Assembly: GCA_045837725.1 (NCBI GenBank)
Contig: JBEWZL010000260.1
Location: forward strand, 1 to 64,000
Origin: Vermamoeba vermiformis
Lineage: Eukaryota
Length of the DNA: 64,000 nt
Direction of reading: 5' to 3'
The position numbers and the translations under genes were made by a program. Below are positions 58,195 through 64,000 of the stretch, in pieces. Position 1 is the stretch's first letter. Every line of letters starts with the position of its first letter. The notes below the pieces were generated by a model. The model saw only the letters and a list, made by a program, of their open reading frames with translations. It was not told the origin of the DNA and did not search any database.

Positions 58195-60030
58195 ATGGAC
58201 GCTAAAAGTTTTGAGGAGTTTCCGATCGAGATTGCAGCAATGGTAAACTTTGTCATCATACCGTCGTGCACAACACTCTCCCTAATGTTTAAAAAACCAT
58301 TGTTCTAATAATATTGTATTTTAGATACTATCAAATTTGGATGCGGAAGATCTGGGACGATTTAGCTGCATTAGCAAGTTATCGAAAGCAGTCTGCGATT
58401 CTCCATCTATATGGAAAAGAATTTATCAACAAAGATGGATTGAACACAACAGCGACGAAGAAAGCGTCAATTGGAAGCAAAAATATCAAGATCGAGGTAA
58501 GAAAAGCTCTCTAACAAACAAATTTACTATTGCTTAATTTTTCTGCGCTTTCAGTACTAACATTTTTCTAATTCTCGTTGGTCTGGTTCAATAATCAATT
58601 ATCACTTTTTCAAATAAATTCTCGAGAACCGAAACTAAAATCTTTTTGGCAGTGCAAACTATCAGGCCTTTAACGCGAATCCTAGCTCGAGAAGATAATT
58701 CACTTTTGACCGCTTTGTTTCAAGTAGTCAATCAGAAATCGAATTCATTTTCAGAACGAAGAGAGTTGATGGACTCTGTAGCTTGCCTGCTCGAGGCCGA
58801 TTACAAAATGCCGCACGTTCTCAACAACACTCTTTCAATTGAAATGAACCAATTGGCAAAGACAGGCGCAAGTAAGTACGGCATTTACACCCTCAAAACG
58901 GCTCTAACCTGTCATATTCAGCGGTGTCAATGCGAGGAACAACATTATCTGGAGATCTATTTTATAGCTACGCGAACTTAATTAGCGGCCCTTATTTGAA
59001 ATCTACGTTTGAAGGCATTGTGCGAGAAATTTGTGACAGAAAGGAGTCTCTAGAAGTGAGTATTTAGAAACATTCCGTTCGTCAGGTACTAACGTGAATA
59101 GCTTGATGCTCGGTATATGAGATCAACAGACAATAGACAGCGACACGTCTATCTGATAAAGAAGATAATTAAAAAGATTCTCCACCGACTGCACGTGACG
59201 GCGCATCAGTTCCCAATGTATGACCACATTATCACTTACTTGTTCTGACACATTTTAATAGACAGCTTCGTGCCGTAGTGGCGCGCATGACCGAGCTACT
59301 GCGCGAGCTTCGACCTGAAAACGCTGATCATCGCATTCAAGAAGAGACCAACTTTATCATTCAAAAATTTATCTTGCCGTCCTTTATTCACCCCGAGGGC
59401 TACGGCATTGTTGCAGGTATGCAATAGAATAGTACTTTGATCGTTATTGATTGTCTAACAGAAGAAGATCCGTCGTTGCACAGTCGACGAAAGCTCATTG
59501 TTGTAGCTGTAGTTCTTGCTAAAGTCTGTAGTGAAACAGAATTTTGCGAAGTAGAGCAAGACTACATGATACTTAACGACTTCATCTTCGACAAGGAAAA
59601 CATTGATACAAAACGAAGATTTATAGATGGCTTAAGTGTAAGTCCCAGACGTGGGTAATACCTGTAACTAACAAAGTGCTAGGTGTTCGACAAATCGCTG
59701 CTAGAAGATAGATCTCGCGTCGGAGCATTAAAAGTCGAGGATTGCGACAAAGCACTCGCTCGATTGGTGCAATTTTGCGCAGTAAACATGGAGGATATCG
59801 ATAGAGAGTGGTCCATCAGAACGACTGATCAGAATGTAAGTTCTCCGGCGAGTGCCCGCGTGCATCGACTAACCTTGTTATTGTAGCGCACAGTGATCCG
59901 TGAGTTCCGAAATGCAGTGCAAGCAGCGAAGAAAGCTATTGATGGCGGTTCGATCAGAAGACCCAACAAAATGCAGCGTGTCATTAACCGAACGTGCACG
60001 AGAAACGTTTGTAAGTGTACTTTAATGTAG
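58195..60030 (+). CDS. F-box + RasGAP-like protein with C-terminal CaaX
   Basis: FPIEIAAM|ILSNLDAEDLGRFSCISK...WKRIY (F-box); MRGTT finger-like motif, KFILPSFIHPEGYGIV, RRKLIVVAVVLAK; ends CKCTLM*. Confidence 0.8.
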
Positions 60031-60182
60031 TGAACTATTTATTTAATGACATCGCATTACCTTTGATCTACAACATTATAACTATAATCTATAATATTAT
60101 TCATATTGCTCTGCAAATTGTTTCCGCCATCTGCTTGCGCGGTCGAATGGAGAGGGTTTGGGACCGGTTGCGTGGAAGCTAG

Positions 60183-61100
60183 TCAGTTGGTCCTTGATTT
60201 GTTCAACAAGGGTTTATCCTCCTCAATTGCTGCATTGGCAAATAGCGCATCACGAGTCGGCTGTTGGAACTCCTTGGGCGGCAAGAAGATAGCATTGCTG
60301 CGTGAGTGTGCACCGATTTCTTTCAACGTGTCGTAGTACTGAGTTGTCAGAATCAGTTGCATGACTGTTTGGGGATCAACGCCATTGATGTTTTCTGAAA
60401 ACTCGTGCACTGTTTCCTGCAAACCATTGACGATGGCACGACGAGCAGCGGCCAAACCTTTGCCTGGTAACATGATATGTGAGCTTCAGTACTTAGCGAG
60501 TAGCATAATGAACTTACCTGCAAGCTCACGGGCTTCAGCTTCGGCTTCAGCTTCTTTAATTTTGATGATTTTGTTGGCGTCGGCCTTGGCAATAGCAGCA
60601 GCACGTTGTCGCTCGGCAGTGTTGATATCGTTCATGGCAGCCTTAACCTCTTTGCCAGGCTCAATGTCTAAGATGAGCACTTTGACGATCTCGTAGCCAA
60701 ATTGGCTCATCTCTTTTGCGAGTTCTTCTTGGATCAGCACTGCAAGCTTGTGCTTCTTCTTCATCAGCTTGTCCAGATCTTTGTCGGGAACTTTATCACG
60801 AACGGAATCGACGATGTAGGCTTTGACTTGACCATCTACATCTTCGAGAGAATAGAAAGCCTCGTAGACTTTAGTTTTATCAACTCTGAACTGCACTTCG
60901 ATATTGATAGTCACGAAAACTTTGTCGTTTGTGGTGGATTCGACAACTACGTGCAATTGGCGAGTTCGGACACTGATAGTTTTCACTTTGACGATGCCAC
61001 ACGGGAAACAAAGGCAGCCAGGCTGTTCGATGCTTTGAAACTTGCCGAATCTCTCGCTGATGCCGAGAGTAGACTCCTCAATAGACATGCAGCAGCCCAT
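60183..61100 (-). CDS. SPFH/Band-7 protein, HIR-like
   Basis: MGCC acylation start; ERFGKF; AMNDINTAERQRAAA; LILTTQYYDTLKEIG; one intron near 60465-60517. Confidence 0.93.
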
Positions 61101-61487
61101 TTTTTGTGTAGTTGTGGTTATTGTCGTTGTTGTGAATTTAATTGATGTTTAACAGGGTTTTTTATGGATTAAAAACGCGAAAAACGGAAAAAAGAAAAAA
61201 AAACACCCATTCGAATATCGGTGGATAATTCATGCCACTAAATTTGGATGCAAATTTAATACGATATATTACCCGAGCTGAGTTCACGCGCTGCGCGGAT
61301 GTAGATCAGGTGTGTCAGGTTACGCTGCTACGGTGGCCACCCGCCAGTCGAATATTGCTTCACGAACTAGGGGTTGCGTGCTGTGTTGCGCACTACTGTG
61401 GGTGCGTGTGACAACTGCTGTTGTTTGAATGAACATTTGATTATTTATCTTGCGCCTGTGCGGCAGACACCACAAACACAACCAACA

Positions 61488-61967
61488 ATGTCCTTTGAGA
61501 ACGTAGTTGGCGGAAAATTAAAGCTTAAAGGAGTTGGCGATGTAAAGAAAGATAAAAAAAAACGAAAGAGGAAAGATGTTGCAGAAGATGCCGAGGAAAA
61601 AGAAGCGAAGAAGCAAAAATTAGAAGATGGCGCGAGTTCTCCTCCCGTATCCAAGCCTAAAAAGACAGCTGCTGAATTGGCATATGAGGAAAAGCAACGA
61701 GAACGAGTAAGTTAAAAAGGGTTCCTCGCTTCAAAAAATTAGTAGAATTATTTCGCTGCGATACAAAGTGCTTTAAATTGTCTGAGACCCATTAGACGTG
61801 CAAATTCATTGCCTGGTAAATTTACGTGACTAATCCATTGCTTACAGCTGCGAGAAAAGGCCAACAAAATGTCCTCAAAGTCGCATAGACAAAAAATTGA
61901 AGAATATAATGACAAATTGTCGAAAGAAACAGAACATTATGACATTCCTAAAGTTGGTCCTGGATGA
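61488..61967 (+). CDS. FAM32A-like (DUF1754) small basic protein
   Basis: VVGGKLKLKG; KTAAELAYEE; SHRQKIEEYN..L....EHYDIPKVGPG*. Confidence 0.9.
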
Positions 61968-62395
61968 GATTCGTTACCGTGCGTGCTATTTGTAAATAAA
62001 ACACTTTTTGGCCTAAGTTATATCGCCTCGTATTTATACCGCGTTTCCACCGCTTGCAAACTGTGCGGAGAGTTGACCCTTGGCGCGGAAAGCCAAAAAG
62101 CGCTGCCGTAACGAACTTTTTTTGTGCACCTCAACCCGCAACAATAACACAGTGATGTTATTATTATTATTGTAACATATTGTATATAAGCAAAAGGTAA
62201 TGCCAATATGCTCCTTTACGTAGATTTAGAATCTATAAGAGAATTTTATCGATCAATTTTTAATTTCGTTTCTAATCCATAAGAATTATCGATAATAGTT
62301 TCTCGTTGAACGTTTTATAGATGCACATATTTATTATATTTTTACAATTTCTTATGCGAATTTTTACAGAAACGAGATTGGTGAGCACATCTAAC

Positions 62396-64000
62396 ATGGC
62401 AGCGCTAACAATGCAACCACCACAAATTATACATGATCCTACTATCAAGGAATATGTAGAAGAGGCTACTGCTGCGAAGAAAATTGGGCTGATCAAGTTC
62501 GGCTTGATGTCAGGTGTTGACGTTATGAAGCTATCACACATACAGATTGTGAACAATATTTTATATCAACATCCCACACGAAATCCCATGCCTTACGGTA
62601 AGCTATTTTCCATTGTCATACCGAGATCGCGATCGAACTAAACGGTCGTCATTAGGTCCTCTCGACACACGGCTTGGCACTTCCTCGAAGAAAATGGACT
62701 GCACGACTTGCGGTGAAAAATTAGATCTCTGCGCGGGTCACTATGGATTTATTAACCTCGAGTTACCTTGCTTTCACGTTGGCTACATGCGGTTCATAAT
62801 GAACACCTTGTCAACGGTCTGTAAAACTTGCAGTCGCATTCTGTTCGATGAAGACGAACGCGCCAAGTGGCTTAAACAAGTACGCAACCCTCGCTTGGAC
62901 AATATTCAACGCGGCGAGCTGGGGAAAAGAATTTTGAAAGCTGCGAAGAAAAAAACAATTTGCGATTACTGCGGTGCCTTTAACGGTGATATCAAGAAAG
63001 TCTCCGCGTTGAAGTTGATTCACAAGAAATTCAAGACGAAGGCATCAGCGGGAGAAAAAGAAGCGTGGGAACAAGAGTTCAGCGAGGCTATTCAATATAA
63101 CCCAGAAATTGCCACTTACTTGAGCAAAACCAGCGAAGACTTGAGTCCTATCCGCGTTATGAAGGTACCTTTAGAGAGTTTTAGTGCCTGCAAATGACTA
63201 ATTTATCCCGCGTAGATCTTCGAACGAATTTCTGCCGAAGACTGTGAACTGCTGTGCATGGATGCGCATGTGGCAAGACCTGAATGGTTGCTTATTCAAC
63301 AATTGCTCGTGCCCCCTGCGTGCATTCGTCCTTCCGTGCACATGGATGCAATCGGCGGTAGCAACGAAGACGACTTGACAATGAAGCTGCAAGAAATTGT
63401 GACGATGAATAACAGTATTAAGAAAGACATGGAAAAGGGAACTACGATTAATCAGCTCATGGAGAAGTGGGACTACGTGCAGAACTTGGTAGCGGCCTAC
63501 ATCAACTCCGAGTATCCTGGTCAACCGCCTCAAATGGCAAACAAGAAATCAATCCGTGGTCTCGCACAGAGATTGAAAGGCAAACAAGGTCGTTTCCGTG
63601 GTCATTTGTCTGGCAAGCGTGTCGACTTCTCAGCGCGTACCGTCATTTCTCCCGACCCCAACTTGCGTATTAATCAGGTACGTGGAGTCAATAATAAGAT
63701 AGCGGTGCAAGTACTAATTGTACCTTAGGTTGGTATGCCTCAACACGTCGCTAAGATTATGACCTATCCCGAGCGTGTGTTTAAGCATAACATTGATAAG
63801 CTGCGCAAACTTGTGCTGAACGGCCACGATGAATACCCTGGCGCTCGTTTTGTGGAAGGCAAGGACGGCACAAAGAAGTTCTTGAAGTTCGTCCCTGACC
63901 GCAAGAAACTCGCCGCTGATCTGCAAGAAGGTGACGTTGTCGAGCGACATATTATGGACGGCGACGTTGTGTTATTCAACCGACAGCCTTCATTGCACAG
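62396..64000 (+). CDS. RPC1: RNA polymerase III largest subunit, 5' part (runs off the window)
   Basis: CTTC......[59 protein letters not shown]. Confidence 0.93.

Overview
Left end of a eukaryotic chromosome: 32 perfect (AACCCT)n telomere units, short ~45-60 nt GT-AG introns, standard genetic code. The gene set suggests an amoebozoan-like protist, but this is not proven. Three zones are visible. (1) About 0.2-28.7 kb is CpG-poor subtelomere with Gypsy relics and an almost entirely minus-strand gene block: F-box/LRR-like paralogs, two ParB/Srx-JmjC-Cys-finger paralogs, and a spliced gene carrying the motif set of pT181-type Rep_trans rolling-circle initiators. (2) About 28.7-44.1 kb is a CpG/GATC-rich island with a TET/JBP dioxygenase gene embedded in three blocks of regularly intron-punctuated, non-coding, hairpin-bearing units with compensatory base changes. 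It is interrupted by an intact young Ty3/Gypsy element (134-bp identical LTRs, GAAAT TSD, -1 frameshift signal). (3) After palindromic repeat families at 44.4-51.1 kb come ordinary host genes: RhoBTB-like, 2-Cys peroxiredoxin, ZIP transporter, F-box-RasGAP, SPFH/HIR, FAM32A-like and RPC1. Leading hypothesis (inference): ~4.6-47.5 kb, bracketed by inverted copies of one repeat, is a large undescribed mobile element combining a Rep_trans-like initiator, DNA/histone-modifying dioxygenases and structured non-coding arrays. All domain calls are by eye from motifs; no searches were run.
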